Of a stretch of 41,131 nucleotides of DNA, positions 10,121-19,622 are shown one piece after another (positions within the stretch are counted from its first letter, which is position 1; every line of letters begins with the position of its first letter). A program made the position numbers and the translations under genes. Below the pieces are notes generated by a model. The model saw nothing but the letters and a program-made list of their open reading frames with translations. It was not told the DNA's origin and made no database searches. The stretch spans positions 1-41,131 of the IMG/VR virus record IMGVR_UViG_3300036713_000295. One strand, 5' to 3'. This DNA comes from a virus (taxonomy: Duplodnaviria > Caudoviricetes).

Positions 10121-10816
10121 TTAATTTCCTAATACTGTAGCAACACTTGATAGTTGATTTGGATTTGAGTAACCATAGTATTCTTTGGTTTTCAGCATCC
10201 TTCTTCTTGTGCCTCTTTTTCTTAATGCTTCTTCTTTTTTAGCTTCCCTCACATACCAGTTGAAGGTGCCAGCCCTAGGTCTTAGAGCGCTTCCCATGAG
10301 GGCCTCTTGCTCCCCATGCTCCTCATCGTATCCGTTGTAAATTGCAAAAGCATAAATCACCAATGCCTCGTGGTATACCTCTGGTAAATTAGCAATATCT
10401 GAGTCAGATGGCGAATCACTATCAGCGGTCATTTTACTTGGTCGAATCACATATGACATTTGGATATTGTTTGATGTGCTTATGCTTGGGGTTGGGTTAA
10501 CGTAAATATAGTTATTCAAGATTGAATATGTTTTTTGACTAGCTGTGTACATGTCCCTCTGCTCATATGGAACATACTGATATCTGTCTCCACCTATTTT
10601 TACCTCAATCATTCTTTTCATGTTGGATGGGACCTGGTATCTCTCTTGACCAGAAACAGTTGAGGCTGTTTTCCTGGTTCTGAGCCAGTGATAGTCATAT
10701 GTATTGCAAAAAGTCAAAAGACCTTGGTTAAGCCAAGTAGTGAGATGAGCATTGTCCACCTCTGGCTCTGAGCCTATTCTTTCGTTTAAGTCTGTAAGTA
10801 GTTGGCTAAGTGTCAT
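10121..10816 (-). CDS. Head-tail adaptor (tail tubular protein A-like)
   Basis: MTLSQL start, WLNQG, LPEVYHEALVIYA; synteny with the nozzle gene. Confidence 0.65.
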   Translation of the reverse strand: MTLSQLLTDLNERIGSEPEVDNAHLTTWLNQGLLTFCNTYDYHWLRTRKTASTVSGQERYQVPSNMKRMIEVKIGGDRYQYVPYEQRDMYTASQKTYSILNNYIYVNPTPSISTSNNIQMSYVIRPSKMTADSDSPSDSDIANLPEVYHEALVIYAFAIYNGYDEEHGEQEALMGSALRPRAGTFNWYVREAKKEEALRKRGTRRRMLKTKEYYGYSNPNQLSSVATVLGN

Positions 10817-10823
10817 AATTTCC

Positions 10824-10991
10824 TTATTCTTCCGCCCATGCGGTTTCTATTTGATCTGCTTCGTTATAAAATATTTTGCCATCAAAAGAAATTTTCAAAT
10901 CAAATGGCGAGCTGACATCAAATGGCACGCTTATGTCGTCTTCCTCTGCCCATCCTGTTTCTATAGTATTTTGATCTGTCCATGTTGTCAT
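10824..10991 (-). CDS. Small acidic protein, 55 aa (not in ORF track)
   Basis: Hand translation MTTWTDQNTIETGWAEEDD...QIETAWAEE*; internal IETxWAEE duplication. Confidence 0.6.
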   Translation of the reverse strand: MTTWTDQNTIETGWAEEDDISVPFDVSSPFDLKISFDGKIFYNEADQIETAWAEE

Positions 10992-10994
10992 AGG

Positions 10995-11717
10995 TTATAA
11001 GTAAGCACATACTGCTCTGATTATTGTAGTTGATTGATCTCCTCTAATTGCTATTGTGGTTGTACTAGCCTGATCTGTTTTTATGTTTAAGTAATATGTG
11101 TCTTTTGTAGATAAGCTAAGTTCTTTTTCTAAATAAATAGTATCTCCAAGCAGTGTGGTGTTTCCGAGATTGTAGCTACTAAAATCTTTATCTGACTCGC
11201 TGTTGTTGGCTGTTGAAAGAGTTGAAAATAAATTTATTGGGGCGGCAGATGCTCTATCAAGTCTTATACTTGCATGATAAGAAACATCCCAAACTCCAAT
11301 CGGAATATCAATACTAACCGATCCAGGGTTATACCAAGTACCACCACCAGGGCTTGATTGCGAGTTACTACTAGTATCTTCTACCAATACCTGCCATTTA
11401 GTAACATCTAATGGAAACCCAAACGGTGCTTTAAAACTTGAGAAGTAAGGTTCTGTAATCGTTCCAGTTGATAGGTCGTAATCTGTGCCACCATAGAGAG
11501 TGATTGTTGTGCTTGTAACTGCTGTAATGATGAAGTATTGAGTACCACTATCTGTAAGTTTTACCCTCATACCTGGACTATATTTGGTTGTAGCATCACT
11601 TGGCACTGTTATAACATAAGTAGGATCATCTGAGCTTGAATAAGTCCAAGTCTCCTTTGCTGGTGTCCACCCATCTCCCCCTATTGCTTGTTGTGTTTTT
11701 AAAAGTGTTTCTGTCAT
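10995..11717 (-). CDS. Stand-alone tail fibre tip domain, paralog of the C-terminus of 12732-14582
   Basis: Shares GMRVKLTDSGTQYFIIT, LYGGTDYDLSTGTITEPYFSS, STANNSESD and TIIRAVCAYL with the long fibre. Confidence 0.8.
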   Translation of the reverse strand: MTETLLKTQQAIGGDGWTPAKETWTYSSSDDPTYVITVPSDATTKYSPGMRVKLTDSGTQYFIITAVTSTTITLYGGTDYDLSTGTITEPYFSSFKAPFGFPLDVTKWQVLVEDTSSNSQSSPGGGTWYNPGSVSIDIPIGVWDVSYHASIRLDRASAAPINLFSTLSTANNSESDKDFSSYNLGNTTLLGDTIYLEKELSLSTKDTYYLNIKTDQASTTTIAIRGDQSTTIIRAVCAYL

Positions 11718-11726
11718 GGTTTCTTT

Positions 11727-12725
11727 TTATAGTTCTGCGTCTGCATCGATCCAGTTGCTAACAGACTTCCATCTGATTTTTGCTGGAACATTACTTGCTG
11801 ATGCCCCAGCAACAGTAACCAAAACTGATTCCTTGGACTGATTACTAAATGTTGTGCTTGTTCCAGCATAAGGAGTTGACGTAGATCTAACATCAAACTC
11901 ATTTCCAGACGAAGATGATGTGGTTGGAATATCTCTCTTGTTAACCTTAAAAAACCACATGGCTTCTGCAAGATTACTTGAGCCAATGAAGCCATGACTA
12001 AAAGAATATCCAGCTCCAGCACTAGTTATACGCTCATAATACCTCTGACAAGCCCTCAACTCTTCCTCAAAGCTCTTTGGTTGAAATGGTAAAGCTGTAG
12101 AACCTGCATTTAGTTGGACTTGGGCAATGTCAAGCGTTCCTGTCCAAGAGTTTTCAAGTGTGAGCCTAGCCTCTAGTGAGTCATCACCATTTGTTCCAAG
12201 CGTCTTTCCAGAAATTGAGGGTACATCAAAAGTATACGTGAATTTCTGCCATGAAGTGGTCACTGTTTGTGCGTCTCCAGCAGTATTTACATCGCTTGAT
12301 GGCGAACCTCCTGTGCCGAATTTTTGTTTTACCAATGGTGTAATCTCATGTGTTCCACTATCCACCTTAGCCCAAAACGATATTGTGGCTTGATGTCCAG
12401 CAAACTTCTCAACTCCTTCTATTCTCTGATTAAGAGCGAAATATGTTGTTGTTGATGTTGTTATGGCGAATCTTGCAAAATACTTAGGATTATTTGGTAC
12501 GTCTGTTTGTCCCACAGTAAATGTTTGTCGACTTACTGTTGCAGCCCAAGCAGTTGACGCTAGCCCGAGATAGAACCTATCCATCATATAATCGCCATTA
12601 CTAGGATTACTAAAACTAGTCCCCCTCTGCCATACATCAAGGTTTCCGTTAATGAGAGCTTGTTGGTACAGCGATGTAGTATTGTTTAGATTAGCTTGTC
12701 GTGGTGTTATTTGTGTTTCTGTCAT
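11727..12725 (-). CDS. Tail fibre protein with carbohydrate-binding-like domain
   Basis: LINGNLDVWQRG, TISFWAK, IAQVQLNAGSTALPF and EEELRACQRYY are motifs typical of phage fibre CBM-like domains. Confidence 0.75.
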   Translation of the reverse strand: MTETQITPRQANLNNTTSLYQQALINGNLDVWQRGTSFSNPSNGDYMMDRFYLGLASTAWAATVSRQTFTVGQTDVPNNPKYFARFAITTSTTTYFALNQRIEGVEKFAGHQATISFWAKVDSGTHEITPLVKQKFGTGGSPSSDVNTAGDAQTVTTSWQKFTYTFDVPSISGKTLGTNGDDSLEARLTLENSWTGTLDIAQVQLNAGSTALPFQPKSFEEELRACQRYYERITSAGAGYSFSHGFIGSSNLAEAMWFFKVNKRDIPTTSSSSGNEFDVRSTSTPYAGTSTTFSNQSKESVLVTVAGASASNVPAKIRWKSVSNWIDADAEL

Positions 12726-12731
12726 AGTTTT

Positions 12732-14582
12732 TTATAAGTAAGCACATACTGCTCTGATGATAGTTACAGACCAATCTCCATGAACACCAATTGTACTCAT
12801 GCCAGTATTAAGTGTCGAATAGTTTAGATAATAACTTGTCTTACTTGATAGAGTAATGTTTTTATTTTTATAACTCTGAGCATAAACAACTAGAGTTGCA
12901 CTTGCACCTCCCAATCTTGTAGCACAAGTTAGATCAGGATCACTTTCTGAGTTATTAGCAGTTGATATAGTTATTTTTAAATTAGTATCTGTTCCAACGT
13001 CGCTGTGATAAGGACAAGCGTGATAATAAATATTCCAAGATCCTATAGGAACACTTAATGAAGTTGCGTTGTACCATGTATATTGAGTTGGTGATGCAGT
13101 AGAGTTATTAGATGCAGAAGTTGTTTCTTCTGTCCATTTTTCAGTTTCTAACGGAAACCCTAATGGAGCTTTCCAGCTTGAGAAGTAAGGCTCTGTAATC
13201 GTTCCCGTAGATAAGTCATAATCTGTACCACCATATAAGGTTAAAGTGGTATTGGGATCTGAGTAGGCTACCTTGGTAATAATGAAATATTGTGTGCCTG
13301 AGTCTGTAAGTTTGACCCTCATTCCGGCTGAATATTTGTTTGTTTTGTCACCAGAGATAGTTAATGTGTAGGTGGGATCATCGCTTGAGGCGTATGTCCA
13401 TGTTTCCCCAGATGCAAACCAACCACTTTGCAGAGCATCCAAAAATGTATCTGCATGATAACCATCCAAGGTATCTGCATTTCCTGCAACACTCAAGCTC
13501 TGTTGATAAAAAGCTGTTAGCACACTATCAGTTACAGGTGCGGTAGTCATTGTTATAGTTGTTCCAGATAGTGAGTAATCAGCGCTCCCACCCTTTAACA
13601 ACTGACCATCTCTGTATAGCTGTAGTGTTCCTGATACGGGGGTGTTTGCCAGGGTGAATGAAGTATTAGCCCCATCAACTGTGCCAGATGGGGTTTCATC
13701 ATAAACAAATGAAGTAGATCCCTGTGCTATTTCTCCAGCTGTTGTGAAGTAATCGCAAAGAATCTTGTCACCTGTCTCTGGTGCTGTAATGAATGTGACT
13801 GTTGTTCCAGAGAGAGTGTAATCATCGGTTACTTTTTGCCTTACACCATTAACATATACCCTCAGTGATCCAGTTGCTGGAGTGTTTGATAGTGTAAAGT
13901 CTGTGTTTGAGCTGTCTACTGTACCAGATGGTACTTCACTCATCACGTGAGTTGTTTCTGGGGTGTCTCCCCATGCTAAGCCGGTGGATTCACTGCTATC
14001 TGCCTTTAGAACTTGCCCATCTGTGCCAACGGGTAATCTGTCCGAGCTTGTTGAGTAGGTTTGAATATCACCTTTGGTGGTTACATCTACACCTGAAACA
14101 TCAGCCCATTTAACCCCAAGAGCCTCCCCCGAGTCTGCTGTTAAAACCTGATTATTAGTGCCAACTGGGATTCTTGCGGGAGCTGAATCATATCCTTGTA
14201 AATCACCTTTTGTTGTCACACTAACTGAAGTTGGAGCATCTGCCCACTTAACACCACTTGCTTCACCACTATCGGCGGTAAGCAATTGATCGTTTGTTCC
14301 AACTGGCAAACGAACAGCATTTGAACCATTTTCTACAATTAAGTCACCCTTGGCTGTGGTGGGGGTGACATCATCAATGTCTAGGTTGTCTAAACGATAA
14401 GTCAGGGAACTTGCGTCAGTTGAGTTGGTAATCCCAACTGTCGTCTCTAGTTTTTCTATAGCATCATTTTGTGCCGACTCTAAACCTGCGTGATTAAAGT
14501 CTTTCATGTCGGTAGAAGATGTTGGATCAACAAAAGATGTTTTAGCTGTTGGGAATGTAGAAGAAGCGGGCGAGTACGACAT
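12732..14582 (-). CDS. Long tail fibre protein with internal repeats
   Basis: Three TTKGD...PVGT..QVL.ADS...G..W repeats, two E.PSGTVD..NT.FTL repeats and NADTLDGYHA; start placed at MSYSP (14582). Confidence 0.8.
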   Translation of the reverse strand: MSYSPASSTFPTAKTSFVDPTSSTDMKDFNHAGLESAQNDAIEKLETTVGITNSTDASSLTYRLDNLDIDDVTPTTAKGDLIVENGSNAVRLPVGTNDQLLTADSGEASGVKWADAPTSVSVTTKGDLQGYDSAPARIPVGTNNQVLTADSGEALGVKWADVSGVDVTTKGDIQTYSTSSDRLPVGTDGQVLKADSSESTGLAWGDTPETTHVMSEVPSGTVDSSNTDFTLSNTPATGSLRVYVNGVRQKVTDDYTLSGTTVTFITAPETGDKILCDYFTTAGEIAQGSTSFVYDETPSGTVDGANTSFTLANTPVSGTLQLYRDGQLLKGGSADYSLSGTTITMTTAPVTDSVLTAFYQQSLSVAGNADTLDGYHADTFLDALQSGWFASGETWTYASSDDPTYTLTISGDKTNKYSAGMRVKLTDSGTQYFIITKVAYSDPNTTLTLYGGTDYDLSTGTITEPYFSSWKAPLGFPLETEKWTEETTSASNNSTASPTQYTWYNATSLSVPIGSWNIYYHACPYHSDVGTDTNLKITISTANNSESDPDLTCATRLGGASATLVVYAQSYKNKNITLSSKTSYYLNYSTLNTGMSTIGVHGDWSVTIIRAVCAYL

Positions 14583-14601
14583 AATAGTTAATATCGTTCC
14601 G

Positions 14602-14630
14602 CCTATAACATAAATAACACAACTAGGCAA
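14602..14630 (-). promoter_or_regulatory. Putative sigma70-like promoter for the tail genes
   Basis: TTGCCT-17 nt-TATAGG with extended TG. Confidence 0.35.
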
Positions 14631-15072
14631 TATTTGCAAGTATTTGCATCTTTTTCTTCTCTATATCGGCAATTCTATTCTTGGTTTTAGCCAAGAAGAG
14701 GGATTTTCTCAATTTATATATTGGAGCATCATTCTCTTGAAGATTTAACTCTTGAGAAAACAAATCCAAGAGTTGCTTGGTTTGCTCCACGGTAACCTCA
14801 TTATCATTGTCCACCAAAAGCTCGTGCAGCTCTCTTGCCATTTCAGTAATTTGCGGGTTGGTGTTATAAAACTCTTTAATTCCAAAATAGTCAATTACAT
14901 ATGGGACTCCATTAGAAGCCTTATATGAGAGGTGGTTCATTGTGGAATCACTTAAGATAACATCTCTATCATGTGGCGCAGGAGGACTACTGGTCGCAAT
15001 CGCCTCTTGCAAGTCGCTAGTAGAAATTGGTACTGCTACTGGTTCAGACATTTTTGGTATGCTTTTATCCAC
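14623..15072 (-). CDS. Hypothetical protein
   Basis: 149-aa ORF in the operon; start uncertain (probably MSEPV). Confidence 0.65.
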   Translation of the reverse strand: MDKSIPKMSEPVAVPISTSDLQEAIATSSPPAPHDRDVILSDSTMNHLSYKASNGVPYVIDYFGIKEFYNTNPQITEMARELHELLVDNDNEVTVEQTKQLLDLFSQELNLQENDAPIYKLRKSLFLAKTKNRIADIEKKKMQILANIA

Positions 15073-16049
15073 TTTTCATAATGGTCTGAGAGTGTCCAGT
15101 TGTCAATGATTTCCCTCTTGGCCTTAGCCGCCATGGCATCTCTCTCATCTGGATTCTCAATTAAAAACTTAATATGTTTATAAAACTCTTCCGCATCTTT
15201 TGCTTTTAAAGCATGTTTAATGTTTTTATAAGCAGGAACATCAGAATAGACCCCAGCACAGCCGTTTAGCGAGTATTCTTGCCACTTAATGTTTGATTTA
15301 CACTTATTAAACTCATCATCAACCAATGGGGCAAGAGCGATATCAAGATGAAGTGTTTTGGACTTCATTCCCCATGAATCAATGTCTGAGCCCAAATGAA
15401 ACTCTCTTCTATAGACTGGTATATCCGTAAAAAAATCTTTTCCATACATTAACTGGGTGTGCTCTGATTCACTAGATGCCCCACCAGCCCCACAATAGAT
15501 AAACTTAACATTATCAAACTCATCTATTATTCTTTTTATAATTGGAGCCAGGAAAACCAGGTCTTCACTATGTGAGTATGAGCCAGCCCAACCAATTCTA
15601 ATGTCTCCCCTTCTTTTAATATTAACTTCTGGCCCCCACCACTTTGTGTCAATGTAGTTGGGAAGGACAACCACATTTTTATTAAACTTCCTTGCCTTTT
15701 TGGCAAGCTCCTCAGTAGTAACAGTTACCATGTCTGCGGCTTTAATAGACTCAATCATTCCCCCGATAAAGCGATCGTTGTCATCAACCTTTTCTTTATT
15801 AACTTTTTCTGTTAATAAATCGTCCATTTCATAAACCACCTTAGCCCCCTGCTTTTGTGCCTCCAGAATAGCCTGGGGGCTTATAAGCATTTGAAAAACA
15901 ACCAAGTCTCCGTCTAAAGAGTCTCCTTTCCACTGTTTCGTGTTAAAGCACAAAAATTCATGGTCTGTTTTATAGTTGAAGTGCCTAGCAACAGACTGTA
16001 GTCTCCACCATGCAGAGCCAGAGGAATTAGTAAACGCTCTTATTTTCAT
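15036..16049 (-). CDS. GT-B (GT4-like) glycosyltransferase
   Basis: VVYEMDD, ADMVTVTT, IRIGWAGS.SH.EDL, DIALAPL...FN.CKSNIKWQEY, VYSDV.AY. Confidence 0.85.
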   Translation of the reverse strand: MKIRAFTNSSGSAWWRLQSVARHFNYKTDHEFLCFNTKQWKGDSLDGDLVVFQMLISPQAILEAQKQGAKVVYEMDDLLTEKVNKEKVDDNDRFIGGMIESIKAADMVTVTTEELAKKARKFNKNVVVLPNYIDTKWWGPEVNIKRRGDIRIGWAGSYSHSEDLVFLAPIIKRIIDEFDNVKFIYCGAGGASSESEHTQLMYGKDFFTDIPVYRREFHLGSDIDSWGMKSKTLHLDIALAPLVDDEFNKCKSNIKWQEYSLNGCAGVYSDVPAYKNIKHALKAKDAEEFYKHIKFLIENPDERDAMAAKAKREIIDNWTLSDHYEKWIKAYQKCLNQ

Positions 16050-16309
16050 ACATGGAGCTCCCCGCTGGTTTGCAAACCAGTCTTCTTTTTGAGATTCTTT
16101 TTCATTTTCAAAACATTGTTTTTATTCTTCAGCCAGTCTTTTCTTAGGCTCTTAAACATCCCTGGAAAAAACATCATTGCATCCTTGGTGAGAAGAGTTT
16201 CTGCAATTTCAAAAATATAGGCCCTCTCTGGTAAGAACTTTCTGGTTTTATCTATGTCAACCCAGCGGGTCCATCTACCATCTTTTTTATATTTCCATCT
16301 AATTTTCAT
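16046..16309 (-). CDS. Small basic hypothetical protein
   Basis: 87 aa, K/W-rich, overlaps both neighbours. Confidence 0.6.
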   Translation of the reverse strand: MKIRWKYKKDGRWTRWVDIDKTRKFLPERAYIFEIAETLLTKDAMMFFPGMFKSLRKDWLKNKNNVLKMKKNLKKKTGLQTSGELHV

Positions 16310-16931
16310 TTTTGTCTCCTTTTAATACTTCTGATAAAAATTTCCACTCATACTCATTTGGAACTTGCACCAATCTAATAAGAGATTCGCTTAGGCCGTT
16401 GTTGCAGCCATCACCATCTTGGATGTGTCCATGGCCAATTATATTGTCTAGTTCTACTGGAAAGTCATCTTTGTAATTCCAGTTGTAGTATCCATCTTCA
16501 ACCACCAAGTACCCCATGGTTTCTATGGCATTTTTTGCCTCATCGCTAATCAACCATTGGGGTGCTTTAAATATTTTAACAAATGGTATTTTAGTATCTT
16601 CAAAAAACTTCTCGGCAAATTTCACCTTTGCAACAGCTAGCCTGGCCTCCATTCCCTCAAACTCTCTGGGTGCGTGTGTTAGTCCATGCACTGCAATCTC
16701 CAGCCAGCCATCTTCTACCCCGTGGCGAACTATATTAACCCATTCAGAGTATTCTGGCTTACTAATTGGGGTGCCACCCATCTCGGTGTTAAATCGAATA
16801 TCCCAAGGGATAGTAAACATAGTGATTTTAAAATCTTTATATCTATCCCTAAGTTTCCTAATAACATCTAGCCTATGATTTAGGGGTCCAAAGTCATCTG
16901 CTTCAAGCGTTATTGTTTTTTTCACTATCAA
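16299..16931 (-). CDS. Polysaccharide deacetylase-like (NodB/DUF2334) protein
   Basis: EADD, EIAVHGLTH, FKAPQW and HGH: the CE4-like metal-binding motifs. Confidence 0.8.
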   Translation of the reverse strand: MIVKKTITLEADDFGPLNHRLDVIRKLRDRYKDFKITMFTIPWDIRFNTEMGGTPISKPEYSEWVNIVRHGVEDGWLEIAVHGLTHAPREFEGMEARLAVAKVKFAEKFFEDTKIPFVKIFKAPQWLISDEAKNAIETMGYLVVEDGYYNWNYKDDFPVELDNIIGHGHIQDGDGCNNGLSESLIRLVQVPNEYEWKFLSEVLKGDKNEN

Positions 16932-17587
16932 CCTCCATGCAGTTTATTAAATAATTTAGTGTTTTCAGGATTGTCTTCTTGCCCTCCGTGATAGAAATGG
17001 TTTATCTTTACGTCCCCATAGTGATAGCAAGGAATTCCCATTTTCATTATCTTTGCAAAAACATCCCAGTCATCCTTGCCATAGCCCACGAATCTTTCAT
17101 CCCAATATCCGATTGATTCTAGGTCTTTTTTTAAAACAATCATTGAATTTCCAGTAAGAGCTCCCGGGTTGGTTTTCCTTAAACAAATATCACAGCCACC
17201 CCTCCAGTCTTGGGAATGGAAAGAACCATCTGGGTTAACATTCTCTCTGTATCCACACCCCGCCGACCCAGGTACATATGTTTTTTTAAGAGTTTGTAGT
17301 GTGTTTTCTTGCAAATAGGAGTCACCCATTACTATAAAAATTAAATCACCAGTAGCTCTCCTCAAACCATTGTTAAGATTCATTGCCAACCTCATTCCTT
17401 TGTTTGATTGCCAGAAACCTTGCACCCAATCTTTTGTGCTGTATTCTTTTATTAAATCTAGGGTTCCATCAATAGAACCGTCATCACAAATAAGCCATTC
17501 ATGTGGTTTTTGACTCTGCATACTCTCCCACAAAAAAGGGAGTGTGCTCTCATGGTTGAAGGTGGCAGTTACAATAGATATTGTCAT
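16928..17587 (-). CDS. GT2 glycosyltransferase with GT7C-like C-terminus
   Basis: ISIVTATFN, CDDGSIDGT, NNGLRRATGD, GYWDERFVGYGKDDWD. Confidence 0.85.
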   Translation of the reverse strand: MTISIVTATFNHESTLPFLWESMQSQKPHEWLICDDGSIDGTLDLIKEYSTKDWVQGFWQSNKGMRLAMNLNNGLRRATGDLIFIVMGDSYLQENTLQTLKKTYVPGSAGCGYRENVNPDGSFHSQDWRGGCDICLRKTNPGALTGNSMIVLKKDLESIGYWDERFVGYGKDDWDVFAKIMKMGIPCYHYGDVKINHFYHGGQEDNPENTKLFNKLHGG

Positions 17588-18099
17588 CTAGTTGCTCTCC
17601 CATAAACATATCTGCCTTTTTGATTAATGACCTCAGCGATATTCCAGGAGCAAAACTTTAGCAAAAATTCAACATCACCCTGATCATCAAAAACAGTTGG
17701 GTGGAATTTAGTTTTACTCTTAAGTGGTACACTAAAAATTAGCTCATCGCATTTTAAGTTGTTAAGAAAAAACTTTGGATCTTCCAGGTGCTCAATTGTT
17801 TCCAAAGAGACACAGACATCACACTCTGGTAACTCATCTTTGTTAAAATCAGCTTGAATATAATTAACTCCATCAACTTTATCAGCAAAAGAAATATCTT
17901 TATCAGCACCCGCTATTTCTTTAGCTCCCCATGATAACATTCTCGTTCCATAGCCGGTTCCACAGGCCGCATCCAAGACTTTTTTGTTTCTAACAAACTT
18001 CATCGCATAAAAATAACGCTCAATATGATCAATGAGTGTTTCATAATCACCATCAGATGTTTTTGCGGTTTTAAAATCTATTCTTTCGAGTAATGGCAT
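17584..18099 (-). CDS. Class I SAM-dependent methyltransferase
   Basis: HIERY, VLDAACGTGYG, SLETIEHL; type common in glycan loci. Confidence 0.85.
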   Translation of the reverse strand: MPLLERIDFKTAKTSDGDYETLIDHIERYFYAMKFVRNKKVLDAACGTGYGTRMLSWGAKEIAGADKDISFADKVDGVNYIQADFNKDELPECDVCVSLETIEHLEDPKFFLNNLKCDELIFSVPLKSKTKFHPTVFDDQGDVEFLLKFCSWNIAEVINQKGRYVYGRATR

Positions 18100-18129
18100 A
18101 TGGTTTTCTTTTTTAAATCCGTTTTTGAG

Positions 18130-19536
18130 CTATTCTACAGCCTTCTCTTGAGTAAAAAGTGTTGATTTTTCCTCTTTTCTACGCTCAAAGTAGTCTTTGT
18201 ACTTCTTTTTTTGCTCTCCCGTGCCATCTCTGTGCCTAATAATGTGTTTTGGATAGTAGCACGGCATATATCCAGCCCTTGCAAAGGCGGTTGATGCTTC
18301 TAAGTCCTGATATCCATGAAGAGTCATGTCCTTCCATCTAAAGTCATCGTATGCTTTATGGTCAATTGCGGCAAAAATACCACCAATATGTTCAGTAATC
18401 TCTATTAGATCGTCTCCAATAAGAGCGCTTCCAATTCTTAGAGCTCCTCCTGGGTTATCAATTAATCCCTCAACATATGGAGAAATATAAATCAAATGAT
18501 TTGTCTCCCACATTTTCACAACATCAGTCAGCCATCCATAAGTAATAAACTCAACATCGTTGTCAATTTTAATAATAATGTCATATTCGCTGTAAGACTT
18601 AATAAGATCAATTAAGTCATTGCTTGCCTTGGCAATCCCAACATTCTCTGCATACTCAATTACATGCTTACAATCAACAGTTTTTAACCACTTGGCTGTG
18701 CCATCTTTTCCATTGTCTGCACAAAACCAATCAAACTCATAACCAGCGGTCTCTTTCATTTCTTCATATGTTGTCTTTGAGTAGCTCAGTCTGTCGTAGT
18801 GAATTGTGAAAATTGCCACCTTGGGTTTTTTATAGCTCCCAAGTCTAATCCTACAATCAACTGGATCAAAGGTTGGAACATAGAGCTTTCCCAGGATGGG
18901 ATGATGATACATTGGTGTTTTAACTCTTTGAGACTTGGTGTTGTCATGCATGTAATAATCAAATGTAACTTTTTGCAACCTCTTAAATTTATATCCAGCT
19001 TTTGCAATTCTTACAAACAAATTCCAGTCAACAAACTTTGGTAGAGACTCATCCCATCCACCAACATAGTCAATGGCCTCTTTTCTAATCAGGGCAGAAG
19101 ATGTATCTATGTAGTTTTTTAAAGAAAGGAGTTGTAGATCAAATTCCTCAGAAACGCCCTTCTCATTATTGGGCATAAACCACATCTCTCCATAAACAAC
19201 ATCATAGCCCTTCTCAATCTCTTCTATTAAGTTTTTTATCGCATCTGGCCTTAGTTGAACATCATCATCTAAAAACAAGACATATTCTCCCCTTGCCTTT
19301 GACAGCCCAAGGTTTTTTGGCAGGGGATCGCTACCAGAGTTCTCCTTGGTTTTTAAATACTTAATTTTCTTATCTTTAATAGACTCAACATACTTCCTAG
19401 TGCCATCAGTAGAGCAATCGTCAACTATGATGTGCTCGTAGTTGGTGAAAGACTGTTTTTGTACTGATTTTATGCAAAGGGGGAGAAAATTTTTAGACCT
19501 ATTAAAAGTTGAAGTGATGATTGAAACTTTAGGCAT
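18130..19536 (-). CDS. Tandem two-domain GT2 glycosyltransferase
   Basis: Domain 1: VSIITSTFNR, IVDDCSTDGT, FLDDD, GGWDE. Domain 2: VAIFTIHYDR, ADNG, NVGIAKASN, KIDND. Confidence 0.9.
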   Translation of the reverse strand: MPKVSIITSTFNRSKNFLPLCIKSVQKQSFTNYEHIIVDDCSTDGTRKYVESIKDKKIKYLKTKENSGSDPLPKNLGLSKARGEYVLFLDDDVQLRPDAIKNLIEEIEKGYDVVYGEMWFMPNNEKGVSEEFDLQLLSLKNYIDTSSALIRKEAIDYVGGWDESLPKFVDWNLFVRIAKAGYKFKRLQKVTFDYYMHDNTKSQRVKTPMYHHPILGKLYVPTFDPVDCRIRLGSYKKPKVAIFTIHYDRLSYSKTTYEEMKETAGYEFDWFCADNGKDGTAKWLKTVDCKHVIEYAENVGIAKASNDLIDLIKSYSEYDIIIKIDNDVEFITYGWLTDVVKMWETNHLIYISPYVEGLIDNPGGALRIGSALIGDDLIEITEHIGGIFAAIDHKAYDDFRWKDMTLHGYQDLEASTAFARAGYMPCYYPKHIIRHRDGTGEQKKKYKDYFERRKEEKSTLFTQEKAVE

Positions 19537-19544
19537 ATACTGCA

Positions 19545-19573
19545 CTTATAACACAAAACGCTACATAAATCAA
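19545..19573 (-). promoter_or_regulatory. Putative promoter for the glycosyltransferase block (leaderless)
   Basis: TTGATT-17 nt-TATAAG with extended TG; ATG 8 nt downstream; no SD. Confidence 0.5.
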
Positions 19574-19603
19574 AAAACCCCCACAGCACTTGGCTATGGG
19601 GGC
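19572..19603 (-). terminator. Intrinsic terminator after the major capsid gene
   Basis: GCCCCCATAGC-caagt-GCTGTGGGGG followed by a T-run. Confidence 0.85.
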
Positions 19604-19622
19604 TTATATTCAACAGTTAAGT

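Noticed and set aside
10995-13420. Diversity-generating retroelement (TR/VR pair) in the duplicated fibre tips
   Set aside because: No reverse transcriptase is present, both copies are coding, and the differences include indels and are not adenine-specific.
13510-14365. Internal repeats in the long fibre as a separate mobile or repeat system
   Set aside because: They are degenerate in-frame protein repeats typical of fibre shafts.
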